Shown piece after piece: positions 11,501 through 21,846 of a DNA stretch of 51,667 nucleotides. The position numbers and the translations under genes are program-made. The notes below the pieces were generated by a model. It saw nothing but the letters and a program-made list of their open reading frames with translations, was not told the origin of the DNA and searched no databases. The stretch's first letter is position 1. Each line of letters opens with the position of its first letter. Source of the stretch: Nemertoderma westbladi (lineage: Eukaryota > Animalia > Xenacoelomorpha); contig JAUCBJ010008766.1 of NCBI GenBank assembly GCA_032718475.1, forward strand, positions 1 to 51,667, read 5' to 3'.

Positions 11501-14500
11501 CTCAAGGAGAAGATAGCGGGAAAGACACTGATAGATCTTATTATGTCAATAAAATGCCTAAAGATCAGGTGAGTAAATTCAAGTCTCGAGCAAATGACAG
11601 GAGAGAACAGGTAAGAAAAACTCCTCCCACGTCTCCCAAGAGAATTCCGGTGAGAAAGCCCGAAGAAAAGGCAAGTGTACACAATGTGACTCAAAATAAG
11701 GTAAGTAACATCAAACCGAAATGTGCGCTGTGTGACGGGACCCACCATTTGAATAGGTGTGATGAATTTCTAAAGAAATCATTAACGGAGAGACGCGAAG
11801 TCATGTGGGATAAGCGGTTATGTTATAATTGCCTCAGACAAGGACACCAACGGCGAACCTGTTTCTCTGACATAAGGTGTGCAAAGTGTGGTGCGAAACA
11901 TCATATCTTGTTGCACGCTGAATTCGATCGAAATAGTCCGAATCAGGTAAGTGATTCCGAGCTACATGTCCAATTCAGTGATGTGAACGACACTGATCAA
12001 TCTGAGATGGAAGGATTCTATACAGACGAGTTCTCCGACGAAAACGAATCCTGTTACATGATAAATACCGCAGTGTATCGAGCACTCACATATGAAAAAG
12101 ATACAGACAACGACTTTACTCTAACTACTTCTGAGCGACAACCATCTTGGAAAGAGCCATCTTCCAATGTAGGGATCCGAGAGTTTCCTGTGGTGCAAGT
12201 AAGGGTTCACGGACCTGAGAGGAGTTATGTAGTGAACGCCCTCCTTGACTCCGGTAGTACAGGAACATTCATCGACAAAGAGCTAGCCGAAGATATATTT
12301 GCTGGACAACCCAAGTTCCAAACTAAGCTCAACATGTCAGGCATTATGCAAGTTTGGAAATCTACAATAACAGCTGATTATTATGTAGGCGCGTTGTCCA
12401 CCCCACAAGACGAACTAGGAGAACATAGCATAAGGTCAGTGAAAATGGTAGCTATAAAGAACTTCGCTACTACTCAAGCAGACCTTTATAATTGGGACGA
12501 GGATGAGAGCATCCAACATCTTAACATACCTCGATTCCAGACTGATTATCCTGGAGTGCAAATACTCATCGGCCAAAACGCGCATGAGGCGCTGGAGACA
12601 TTAGAGAAACGGCCTGCTCAACCGCAGCCCCTACAGACCTATGCGGTAAGAACTAGAGTAGGTTGGTACTTTACTGGCCCTTCCCGTAGAACACTCAGAG
12701 AAAGACTACCGCAAGAGAGAGTCTGCCAGGTGAGTGAATGGGAAGATGATGCTAGTGAGGGAGACGATTCAACTGAGGGAATTCCATACTCCTCAGATAA
12801 CGACGACGTTCACCAGCTTTTTGATGAGGAGAATACCATCGATCTCCTTAAGGAAAACGAGGCTTGGCAAAACCAAGTTAACTTATGTCAACTTCTCTAT
12901 CCATCTGAACGAGAAGCTTACAACGACGAGTTAAATGACGTCATTGAGCGTTGCAATGCCAAGACTCGAGATGAACATGCAGTGCGATTCTTTACGCAAG
13001 AGGCGGTAGAGCCCAATTCCTACGATAAAGCCTTGTCGGTGGAAGAGGAAAGGGCCAAGCAGATCCAAGAGACAACTACACGTTTCCTCAAAGATCAAGG
13101 AAGGTACGAAGTCGGTTTACCTTTCCGCAAGAGAGAACCGAAGTTCATCAATAACAGACCCCTGGCGGAAAAAAGAATCGCGCAACTCCATCGACGCCTT
13201 ACAGCTAATTCTTCAGCTAAAGCAATGTATCAAACACAGCTGGAAAAATTTATTAGTAAGGGATACGCGGAGAGAGTACCGGAAGAAACACCTGTGACTG
13301 AAAGAACGTATTACTTAACCCACCATTACGTTCCTAAACCCGGTAAGCCACATGAAGTGAGAGTAGTGTTTGATGGCTCCGCTCTTTACATGGGTCAATC
13401 CCTTAACTCTGAATTGTTACCCGGACCCAACTTACTTCAATCTTTGTTGGGAATTCTTTTAAGATTGAGACAATATTCGATTGCTTTCGCCTCCGATATA
13501 GAAGGCATGTTCTTACAAGTCAAGGTGTTAGATAGGGATCGAGATAGTCTACGATTTCTGTGGTGGCCCGAAGGAGATCTCAACCAGAAACCGGTGGAGT
13601 ACTGGATGACCATCCAGGCCTTTGGGATAATCTCAAGCCCTTCCAACGCCTGTTCGGTAGTGCGTACTACTGCAGAGGACAACCGAGAGGCATTCTCTAA
13701 GGAAGTGATCGACAACATCAAGAGAGACATATACATGGACGACAATCTGAAGTCCCTCCCATCAGTTGAGGAAGCCATTGAGGTCGCTAAGGGAACGGTA
13801 GAGTGCTTAAAAAGAGGTGGATTTCGATTAACCAAATTCACCAGCAACTCCCGTGAGTTTCTGGAGTCGATCCCTGCGGAAGATCGAGGAGCGAAAGATC
13901 TCGATTTGATCAAAGATGATCTGCCAGAGACCAAGACACTCGGCTTGAAATGGGACACAGAGCGAGATATCCTGTTTTTCCAGCTAAAACAGCGAGATAA
14001 TCCAGTTCGAACCAAACGGATTTGCTTAAGTATACTGAGCACTTATTTCGATCCATTGGGATTTATTAGCCCAGTTATATTGATTGCTCGTAGTTTGGTA
14101 CAACAAATGTGGCTTGAAAACCACTCATGGGACGATCCACTTAAGGGGGAATTATTGAAGCAGTGGATGAAATGGGAAGATTCTCTGCCAGCTATCGAGG
14201 ATTTTATAATTTCCCGTTCATATTTTGGTCATGTTCTCCCTACGTATTCCTATCAACTCCATGTGTTTGGAGACGCCAGCGATATGGGAATCGGTATAGT
14301 AGCCTACCTAAGAGTGGAAACTCCGGATGGAATCAAAGTCGCCTTGGTTACTTCTAAGGCATTAATCAACAACAAGTTGAAAGTTCCTCGAGCGGAGTTA
14401 AAAGCGGCTCTATACGCTACAGCCATCGGCCGGAATGTAACCGAACAGATTGACTATCCATTAGAGAAAACTGTCTATTGGACCGACGCTTTACTCGTGT

Positions 14501-16617
14501 TAGAGTATATAACCAATGAAGTCTGTCAGTTCAGCGTTTTCGTTACCAACAGAGTAGCCATCATACTTAGTCGCACGACGATGGACCAATGGAGACATTG
14601 CCCCGGAACGATTAATCCAGCAGACATCGCTTCCCGAGGAGCGACTCCAAAGGAATTGGTAAATACTCCCGAATGGTTAGGAGGACCTGACTTTCTCTAC
14701 AGAGAAGAAGAAGAATGGCCACCCCATCTCACAACCGCAGAGATCAGACAGGCCAAGGGAGCGGAGAAAGTTAAACCCAAAACTCGAGCGAGTAAATCGA
14801 AGTTGTTTAAACCTGCGGTTGATCTATCTGTATTATTTACTTCCGGAGAGGATGCTTTGGATCAGAAACCCACCGCCACGACTAAAGAAGTCTTGGAAAT
14901 CCGTGACAAGGATTGGAAATCTGGAATACCAGATATCTCGCAAGGACTCTCACCTCTCTTGCAGAGAGCGATACGTCACTACAGTTCCTGGAATCGGCTC
15001 TGTAAAGCTGTTACCTATTTGAAACGATGTTTTCATCATCGTTACTCCGGAACGAAGACCAATAGTGATGATGCTCCATCAACATCTGCACGAGTCCATG
15101 TTGTTAAAGATCTTCCTAAATACAAGATATCCGACAGGTTTCTAAAGGAAAAGATCAGTTACCAGGAGCATGATGAAACCAACAAACAGATGCTGAGACT
15201 CCTACAATGCTATGAGGATTCCGATAAGTATTTCCTGTTGTTAAGAAATCCACAGATGCGCTTAAGGGATCGCTTCTCTAGTACCATGATAGATGGGTTA
15301 ATACGTGTTGGAGGTCGGCTTACCAACGCCCCGTTATCCTTTGACACTAAGTTTCCCATACTCATTAGGAATCTTGATATACAAATCAAGATGATTGTAG
15401 ATGTTCATAGCAAACTGTACCATGCTGGTAGAGAACGAGTTCTGAGCGAAATTCGAACTCGCTACTATTTTTATAAACCCCGTAGGGCTCTGAACCAAGT
15501 TCTTAGGAACTGCATACCCTGTAGGAAAGCATTCAGTAGGCCTTTGACACAGCGAGAGGCAGAATTACCTAGGGAAAGAGTAAGCTTCTATGAACCACCC
15601 TTTACTAATACCGGTGTGGATTTATTTGGCCCTATTGAAGTATATCGTGCCCGGACTATAGTCAAGAGATGGTGTGTCATCTTCGTTTGTATGACTTGTA
15701 GAGCTATCCATCTCGATATGGTAAACGATCTATCCACCAACAGCTTCGTGTTGAGTTTACGACGACAGATCGCTCGCTTCGGAACCAGTAACACGATGAG
15801 ATCGGATAAGGGAACGAACTTCATTGGCGCCAACAACGAAATTCAAGCTTACGTAAAGGACTGGAACAAAAGACAGGTGGACGATCAGCTAAGGATAACA
15901 GCGTCTAGCTGGACCTTCAACGCCGCCGACGCCCCTTGGTGGGGAGGAAGTTGGGAGAGATTGATTAGGAGCGTGAAGACTGCGTTCCACTTTATTGTGC
16001 CTTGTCGCGCTTATCTCACCGACGAACTATTGCGGACGTTAATGGAGGAAATCGCCGCCTATCTCAACGAAAGACCGCTTATGCCAGTCTCTTCAAATCC
16101 TGATTCCCTGGAAGCGCTAACACCCGCGCACTTTCTACTGAAGAAACCCGTAGCCATGCTCCCACGATCGGAGATCACAGACGGAGACGAGTACTGCCGT
16201 CGAACCTGGCAACTTATGCAGTTGCTATCCCGTCGTTTCGCTGACCATTTCGAGAAACATTACCTGCCCACTCTACAACTTCGAACTAAGTGGTTTGCGC
16301 AGCAAGAAAACGTCAGCGCTGGAGACATGGTGCTTATTGTGGACCCCGATCTCCCACGTAAGCGATGGCAAACAGGACGTATCATCGAGACTTATATCTC
16401 GAGCGATGGTTTGGTGCGATCAGTAGAGCTCGTCGTCATGCGGCGGAACTTTAAGAAACCAGGGATAGTCTTTGAGACTCAACAGCTCAATCGCCCAGTG
16501 GGTCGTTTATGTTTACTGGAAAGAGACAGAGAGCTCTCCGGAAACTATGGAAGGCAAGAAACTCTTCCCACGACCACTTCCCTAATCCAACCGACATCTA
16601 GGGACTCCCCAACTTAA
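8518..16617 (+). CDS. gag-pol: BEL/Pao Gag-Pol polyprotein, 2699 aa, intact
   Basis: DUF1759-like Gag (FNGDEMKWLPFNEYY ~10888); BEL triple Cys/His motifs CALCDGTHHLNRC, CYNCLRQGHQRRTC, CAKCGAKHHILLH (from 11722); protease LLDSGS (12241); RT RVVFDGS, DIEGMFLQV, YMDD (13732); RNase H VFGDAS, PRAEL, NPADIASRG; integrase HHCC plus GVDLFG, RSDKGTNF, WERLI; DUF5641-like tail. Confidence 0.97.
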   Translation: MSDTKQNLSDSLLDVTICDSDRDVEPSGRKFSSPPTVRKVIPPVVIKEPRLVQHRRSIIGTRAQVKRDQEAAEQQQPASQELTSQRPDSSSSEDTVELTPERGARMIDEAYSDPLLILPAAVLTRLLIAVEEHQIDWARSQRSTRDSYAGYTSEELKSIVESQWNFPGPGLPFDLSEAAWEDIHRMGVAKETIDPAVCKRSAAGYAQGFFSSIERLKEQLFHQPQGPQEQGLLLYQVRERILRIRLILSAFEEASKRRQDTSLQVAVKTWFQRVNLQVQGTAQWKAQLEERSTHGESTDATFSQVESEATAEKPHKRDAIDIYLSDYQRFLGDDELRRRLEGLSPNSEGTKLVLDAIDVEMRAANQAKFDEQLRITRVQEEQVKKKRIEDRKKAAVVAAEAERKAAAAKAKAAEAAAKAKAAEAAAEAKAAEAAAEAAAEAKVAEAERKAAEETTQLELENIQENQDCINKQLAASNMQMMNRSTPKRQGYTSSEEGDTTDTEGKGNRSRLSRRKRTFHRQKLPDLPPAVRRQLNNTNLGSTEPTDQIIKIERHPTIVDEPEIIRPVLEITPSVIDTPVLPETTSKFPLHSTKLPVPRRTAQETVQVLDPERNIPDLSPVVPRPPATTLATPASAVEWVDERRRGMDLLLGQMQETVQQFKGTVRESRLELQEVQQSIALERDKLVNTQKGIPPPSVTMCQPVRSEVSHAQGVEPTRIYTASEVETPIVNPIKGNYRPVDNDIPYRTDHNPRNLYTDNSILNNTMAQESFTRQMARTEARQAVKVGEIVKFNGDEMKWLPFNEYYKDNIQNSVLSNGEKLRFLIECLEGSPKLMALKFIGHPDGLRQVWDTLNIRYGNRNNIAKYLYAKLVAPRKFISSGIIEFSDEIQEICRQLDWLGKSHEYQSSMVIGAVASTLPKGGVGTRWDKKVLYMMEQQRRDPTMADLMSFLDGEVKLQLLKLSREKTPENKVSEKPVSRRKVTPVCYTDDGESQTSQGEDSGKDTDRSYYVNKMPKDQVSKFKSRANDRREQVRKTPPTSPKRIPVRKPEEKASVHNVTQNKVSNIKPKCALCDGTHHLNRCDEFLKKSLTERREVMWDKRLCYNCLRQGHQRRTCFSDIRCAKCGAKHHILLHAEFDRNSPNQVSDSELHVQFSDVNDTDQSEMEGFYTDEFSDENESCYMINTAVYRALTYEKDTDNDFTLTTSERQPSWKEPSSNVGIREFPVVQVRVHGPERSYVVNALLDSGSTGTFIDKELAEDIFAGQPKFQTKLNMSGIMQVWKSTITADYYVGALSTPQDELGEHSIRSVKMVAIKNFATTQADLYNWDEDESIQHLNIPRFQTDYPGVQILIGQNAHEALETLEKRPAQPQPLQTYAVRTRVGWYFTGPSRRTLRERLPQERVCQVSEWEDDASEGDDSTEGIPYSSDNDDVHQLFDEENTIDLLKENEAWQNQVNLCQLLYPSEREAYNDELNDVIERCNAKTRDEHAVRFFTQEAVEPNSYDKALSVEEERAKQIQETTTRFLKDQGRYEVGLPFRKREPKFINNRPLAEKRIAQLHRRLTANSSAKAMYQTQLEKFISKGYAERVPEETPVTERTYYLTHHYVPKPGKPHEVRVVFDGSALYMGQSLNSELLPGPNLLQSLLGILLRLRQYSIAFASDIEGMFLQVKVLDRDRDSLRFLWWPEGDLNQKPVEYWMTIQAFGIISSPSNACSVVRTTAEDNREAFSKEVIDNIKRDIYMDDNLKSLPSVEEAIEVAKGTVECLKRGGFRLTKFTSNSREFLESIPAEDRGAKDLDLIKDDLPETKTLGLKWDTERDILFFQLKQRDNPVRTKRICLSILSTYFDPLGFISPVILIARSLVQQMWLENHSWDDPLKGELLKQWMKWEDSLPAIEDFIISRSYFGHVLPTYSYQLHVFGDASDMGIGIVAYLRVETPDGIKVALVTSKALINNKLKVPRAELKAALYATAIGRNVTEQIDYPLEKTVYWTDALLVLEYITNEVCQFSVFVTNRVAIILSRTTMDQWRHCPGTINPADIASRGATPKELVNTPEWLGGPDFLYREEEEWPPHLTTAEIRQAKGAEKVKPKTRASKSKLFKPAVDLSVLFTSGEDALDQKPTATTKEVLEIRDKDWKSGIPDISQGLSPLLQRAIRHYSSWNRLCKAVTYLKRCFHHRYSGTKTNSDDAPSTSARVHVVKDLPKYKISDRFLKEKISYQEHDETNKQMLRLLQCYEDSDKYFLLLRNPQMRLRDRFSSTMIDGLIRVGGRLTNAPLSFDTKFPILIRNLDIQIKMIVDVHSKLYHAGRERVLSEIRTRYYFYKPRRALNQVLRNCIPCRKAFSRPLTQREAELPRERVSFYEPPFTNTGVDLFGPIEVYRARTIVKRWCVIFVCMTCRAIHLDMVNDLSTNSFVLSLRRQIARFGTSNTMRSDKGTNFIGANNEIQAYVKDWNKRQVDDQLRITASSWTFNAADAPWWGGSWERLIRSVKTAFHFIVPCRAYLTDELLRTLMEEIAAYLNERPLMPVSSNPDSLEALTPAHFLLKKPVAMLPRSEITDGDEYCRRTWQLMQLLSRRFADHFEKHYLPTLQLRTKWFAQQENVSAGDMVLIVDPDLPRKRWQTGRIIETYISSDGLVRSVELVVMRRNFKKPGIVFETQQLNRPVGRLCLLERDRELSGNYGRQETLPTTTSLIQPTSRDSPT

Positions 16618-18255
16618 TATCGTTCGGAGTGGGCGTGTGACTCTATTATTTTATATTATATTATTATTTTTATATTTATGTATGTATTACTATGTAATTT
16701 TATTATAATCGTTTTATTTAATTTAGTAGAATATTATTTAGCGATTATTTTGTAGAATAGTGCAATATATTCGTGTTTATTACGTACGTAATTACTTATA
16801 TTATATTTAGTGAGACGGCGAAGAAATAATTATTTTTCTCTTTCCTTACTGTCCGTATTATATTATAAATACGTAACTACAGTAAGATGAAATGTCCGTA
16901 CTTATTAAAGTACAATAAAGCCACTACTATATTTAAGTATTATTGGTAGGCAGAGTATTAGGAATGCAAAGTTCAGATCCTCGTGTCTCGGCTAAACCAA
17001 GCTCTGGGTAGACCTTGGAAACGACTTGCCTCTTCTCACTGACATTGCTTCGTGCGATATTGCTCTCATACCGTATATTAAATAATACATATAGTAGCGT
17101 GATGTCCCTTTAACAGTAGCGTACAATGCAAATAAATCTGCTAAACCCTTTGACCATCTGTAATTCTAGTCGATTAAGATATCGCGGCACCCACCGATAT
17201 ACTTGAAAGACAAAATTCTAGAATCAGTGGTTAACGTCCCCAGACAAGTTCTGGAATAAACTGGTGCCCATCCTAAATATTAACTATTAATATTTATAAA
17301 ATCTGTCAAATTTTCGATCCTTTAAAATTCTACTCTATTAAGATATCGTAGCACTTACCGATATTCTTAAAAAGACCAATTTCCTAGAATCAAGGATCCC
17401 AGTCCCCAGACATGTTCTGGAATAAAATTGTGTCTATTTAATATTAAATAATAAAATTTACGGGAATAAATTTAAATTCATATTTTAATGAATTTAATAA
17501 ATTGTCATTTTTATACAATTTATAACATTCCCAAAATTCCATCAATTAATAGATCATGGGAGCGGAGATTCACCTTATTAAGTGTATTAGTGTGCGAGAA
17601 TCTCCAATATATAGTCAATAGCCGATAAAATTCATAAAATCATGTAAAGTCATGTATAAAACAGGACATTGACTATTAAAGAATTACTATTAAATAACAT
17701 CCCAGATCTGTATGCATTGGAATTACCCTAATTCTACCGCTAGCTTTGCATAATGTCACCATAGCAACAACTACGCTAGAATTAGAATTGAGTTAAACGA
17801 ACAATAGAAAGCTTGTCCCATTGAATAGCATAGGGAATAAATAGCGCACTACTAGTATCCAAGGATACATAATAATACAGTGACATTCTGGAAGGCATTG
17901 ACTAACGGACAAATGGCCCGAATGTGCGTAGTTGTGACCAGTTGTGTGGTATTTGTGAGTTTATAGGTGAATGTTACTGCTAAAGTGTGTTTACAGTAGC
18001 TAGTCGCAATCGTAAAGTAACCTAACTCTCCAAGGAATACCTGAAGTACATCTAAGCCTTTGGGACGGACAGTCGAGTGACTTGTGCCGGTTGTCGTTGT
18101 CGTTGTGCGGCTACGTCGTTGGCGAAAGTACAGCGGCGACGACACATCGGCGCTGAGGATCTCGTACTGTCCGGGGGTTAATTGGAGTAGGCAGCGACGC
18201 TCGCTAGCCTAAATATAAACTCCTTATAATATGGATAAACTCATATATAGCAGAC

Positions 18256-18561
18256 ATGACGGAGTTGATAGAAGATGGTCTTGGTATCGGGGAGCGATAT
18301 ACTCTACTTTTACAAGCGTTTGTTGATAGCTTAATACGCGGCGACGTTAGTCCAACTGCTGCAGAGGACGATGGTCGTTATATCGAACCGACAATGTCCC
18401 AAGTGCAGCTCTCGCGAGAGTTGGACTATAGAAAATTCGCTGCTCGATATACGCAGCGTAATGGTACGTATATGGGCTTCTTAACTACTGGTCATTCTAT
18501 CAATTTACACAATGCGGACTATGTCGACTATATATCCTGCCCAGCAGAGTCGGAACCATAA
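18256..18561 (+). CDS. accessory ORF, N-terminal part (101 aa), copy 1; function unknown
   Basis: Homologous to 20485-20790 and to element B ORF 46760-47158. Confidence 0.5.
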   Translation: MTELIEDGLGIGERYTLLLQAFVDSLIRGDVSPTAAEDDGRYIEPTMSQVQLSRELDYRKFAARYTQRNGTYMGFLTTGHSINLHNADYVDYISCPAESEP

Positions 18562-19311
18562 ACTGAAATTCGAATGCGAAAATTCTATTCGAAATCGGCT
18601 CGAAAGAAAAGACATTAAAGAAACAAATAAACGCGGTAATTCCAACATATATTTGGAATTCTTGATAGAAGCATTGTAACAACAAATAAATATCATCCGC
18701 GTTTCCCCTACCAGACGTGCGTCTTTGGTATTATTACGGTAAATGCCCTAGACCCAGCCAATAAACGGAAAGACATAAACATCCACGGAAACGTTGTGTT
18801 AAACACAGTTGTGTTCGTTATATTTACTGGAGTTTCGTGCGAAACTTGTTTGACGTATCACCTATGCTCACTCGGCTCGAACGATCCTGGAGTAAACCTA
18901 CGATCAGAGTCCCGGAATACTCGGTCAAACCTCCTCATTCCTTAGTTGGACCTCAGACCTGCGATCCTGGTGGTGTCGCGGATCCTCGCGGACGGTATTC
19001 ACTGTTCAAGATCTAGTGCTACCCTAACAATTAATCGGTCACACTCCGACAGTGATTTCTAGCTAGCCGCCCATCTTACCTAGCCGGATTATGACGCAGA
19101 CACCTAATATCACTATCCAACCGTATGGTCGTCCACGTTTAACGCGATACAACCCCTCATCAAGGTGAAGGAGAGCGTTGTACGAAACGAGTTAAACGCT
19201 ATTTTATAAAGATCAAAAGGGAAACCTGCGTTTGTTCAGATAAACGTAAGTTATAACAGTGAGTCCAATCGATAAACGAATTGGCCTTATCTCAATTCGA
19301 TTGGACTGAAT

Positions 19312-19631
19312 GGGACATGAATGTTGCGAATAATCGCATAAACTCTGAATAATAAATATTACGCTACCCGTACAGAATACTCAAACGAATACAAACCAAA
19401 ACGCTGGCAAACTACTATCAAGCCTAAACAAACTACAGTATGTGCAGATTCTGAAACTGTTAGTCAGTATGCGTTCTAACACGGTAGTACGACTTACTCT
19501 TTAAGAGGGGATTGACCTTACCGCTTATGGCTGCCCCAACTTACTAACGGCACTTGATCAGACCAACTCTACATACGCAGCAATCCCTTCAGACCTAAAA
19601 ATAGCTAGACAACAATCCAGCTTACAAATAT
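19312..19631 (-). repeat. inverted copy of a B-subfamily leader repeat inside element A
   Basis: Reverse complement matches 37673-37990 closely and 6916-7233 less well. Confidence 0.92.
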
Positions 19632-20484
19632 GTGTCCCCAGACATATTCTAGAATCAAAATATGTCAATTTAATTATCAAATAATAAAATTTCAGGGAAT
19701 AAATTTAAATTCATGCCTTTTAATGAATTTAATAAATTGCCATTTTTACGCAATTTATAACATTCCCAAAATTCCATTAATTAATAGATCAAGGGAGCGG
19801 AGATTTATCTTATTATGTGTATGAGTGTGCGAAAGTCTCCCAAACATAGTCAATAGCCGATAAAATTCATAAAGTCATGTATAAAACAGAACATTGACTA
19901 TTAAAGAATACTATTAAATAACATCCCAGATCTGTATGCATTGGAATTGCTCTAATTCTACCGCTAGCTTTGCATAATGTCACCATAGCAACAACCACGC
20001 TAGAATTAGAATTGAGTTAAAAGAACAATAGAAAGCTTGTCCCATTGAATAGCATAGGGAATAAATAGTGCACTGATAGTATCCAAGGATACATAATAAT
20101 ACAGTGACATTCTGGAAGGCATTGACTAACGGACAAGTGACCCGAGTGTGTGTAATTTGTGACAAGTTGTGTGTGTGGTACTTGTGAGTTTATAGGCGAA
20201 TGTTACTACTAAGGTGTGTTTACAGTAGCTAGTCGCAATCGTAAAAGTAACCTAACTCTCCAAGGAAAACCTGAAGTACATCTAAGTCTTTGGGACGGAC
20301 AGTCGAGTGACTTGTGTCGGTTGTCGTTGTTGTTGTGCGGCTACGTCGTTGGCGAAAGTACAGCGGCGACGACACATCGGCGCTGAGGATCTCGTACTGT
20401 CCGGGGTTGATTGGGGTAGGCAGCGACGCCCGCTCGCCTAAATATCAACTCATTATAATATGGATAAACTCATATATAGCAGAT

Positions 20485-20790
20485 ATGACGGAGTTGATAG
20501 AAGATGGTCTTGGTATCGGGGAGCGATATACTCTATTTTTGCAAGCGTTTGTTGATAGCTTAATACGCGGCGACGTTAGTCCAACTGCTGCGGAGGACGA
20601 TGGTCGTTATATCGAACCGACAATGTCCCAAGTGCAGCTCTCGCGCGAGTTGGACTATAGAAAATTCGCTGCTCGATATACGCAGCGTAATGGTACGTAT
20701 ATGGTCTTCTTAACTACTGGTCATCCTATCGATTTACACAATACGGACTATGTCGACTATATATCCTGCCCAGCGGAGTCGGAACCATAA
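20485..20790 (+). CDS. accessory ORF, N-terminal part, copy 2
   Basis: MTELIEDGLGIGERYTLFLQAFVDSLIRGD..., near-identical to 18256-18561. Confidence 0.5.
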   Translation: MTELIEDGLGIGERYTLFLQAFVDSLIRGDVSPTAAEDDGRYIEPTMSQVQLSRELDYRKFAARYTQRNGTYMVFLTTGHPIDLHNTDYVDYISCPAESEP

Positions 20791-21636
20791 ACTGAAATTC
20801 GAATGCGAAAATTCTATTCGAAATCGACTCGAAAGAAAAGACACTAAAGAAACAAATGGACGCGGTAACTCCAAAGTATATTTGGAATTCTTGATAGAAG
20901 CATTGTAACAACAAATAAATGTCACCCGCGTTTACCCTACCAGACGTGCGTCTTTGGTATTATTACGATAAACGCCCTAGACCCAAATAATAAACGGAAA
21001 GACATAAACATCCATGTAAACCGAAACTTGTTGACGTATCACCTATGCTCACTCGGCTCGAACGATCCTGGAGTAAACCTACGATCAGAGTCCCGGAATA
21101 CTCGGTCAAACCTCCTCATTCCTTAGTTGGACCTCAGACCTGCGATCCTGGTGGTGTCGCGGATCCTCGCGGACTGTATTCACTGTTCAAAGATCTAGTG
21201 CTACCCTAACAATTAATCGGTAACACTCCGACAGTGATTTCTAGCTAGCCGCCCATCTTACCTAGCTGGATTATGACGCAGACACCTAATATCATTATCC
21301 AACCGTATGGTCATCCCGTTTAACGCGATACAACCCTTCATCAAGGTGAAGGAGAGCGTTGTACGAAACGAGTTAAACGCTATTCTATAAAGATCAAAAA
21401 AGAAACCTGCGTTTGTTCAGATAAACGTAAGTTATAACAGTAAGTCCAATCGATAAACGAATTGGCCTTATCTCAGTTCGATTGGGAAACCTCGAATCTC
21501 AAAGAAGATATCAAGCTTAGAAAACCCTATTCTCTGCGAGAGTTTTGGACGAACGTATCCCATGACAAGCGGAGGAAAATCAGCTCGAGGAGAAGCATAT
21601 CGAAATGGACGAGACACCGACCGTAAACCCAAACCT

Positions 21637-21768
21637 TCTAATGCAATCATATTGCACCCTTCACCCAGGAGTTATGGCCCTCCTAGTAAAGTGGCTTCCC
21701 CCAAAGAGAAAATGACTCTTGCTAGCTTTAAAAAACTGCGTAAACGCCGTCCGCGCAAGAAAGACTAA
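21637..21768 (+). pseudogene. retained basic C-terminus of the accessory Zn-knuckle ORF
   Basis: SNAIILHPSPRSYGPPSKVASPKEKMTLASFKKLRKRRPRKKD matches the end of ORF 47205-48209. Confidence 0.7.
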
Positions 21769-21838
21769 CTGTTTAGAGTATTTATGTATATTAGAAATTG
21801 TGATTTTGTATATTTTATAGACTTAAATCCCATTTTCT

Positions 21839-21846
21839 GGGAGCGG
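21839..21846 (+). promoter_or_regulatory. short polypurine tract (plus-strand primer) of element A
   Basis: GGGAGCGG immediately 5' of the 3' LTR; identical in element B (48280-48287). Confidence 0.75.

Larger units (their letters stand above)
17402..21486 (+). repeat. tandem duplication (~1.9 kb units, 17402-19304 and 19634-21486) in the 3' region of element A
   Basis: Both units start gtccccagacat-ttct, carry the MTELIEDGLGIGERY ORF and end at ttcgattgg; several percent diverged. Confidence 0.92.
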
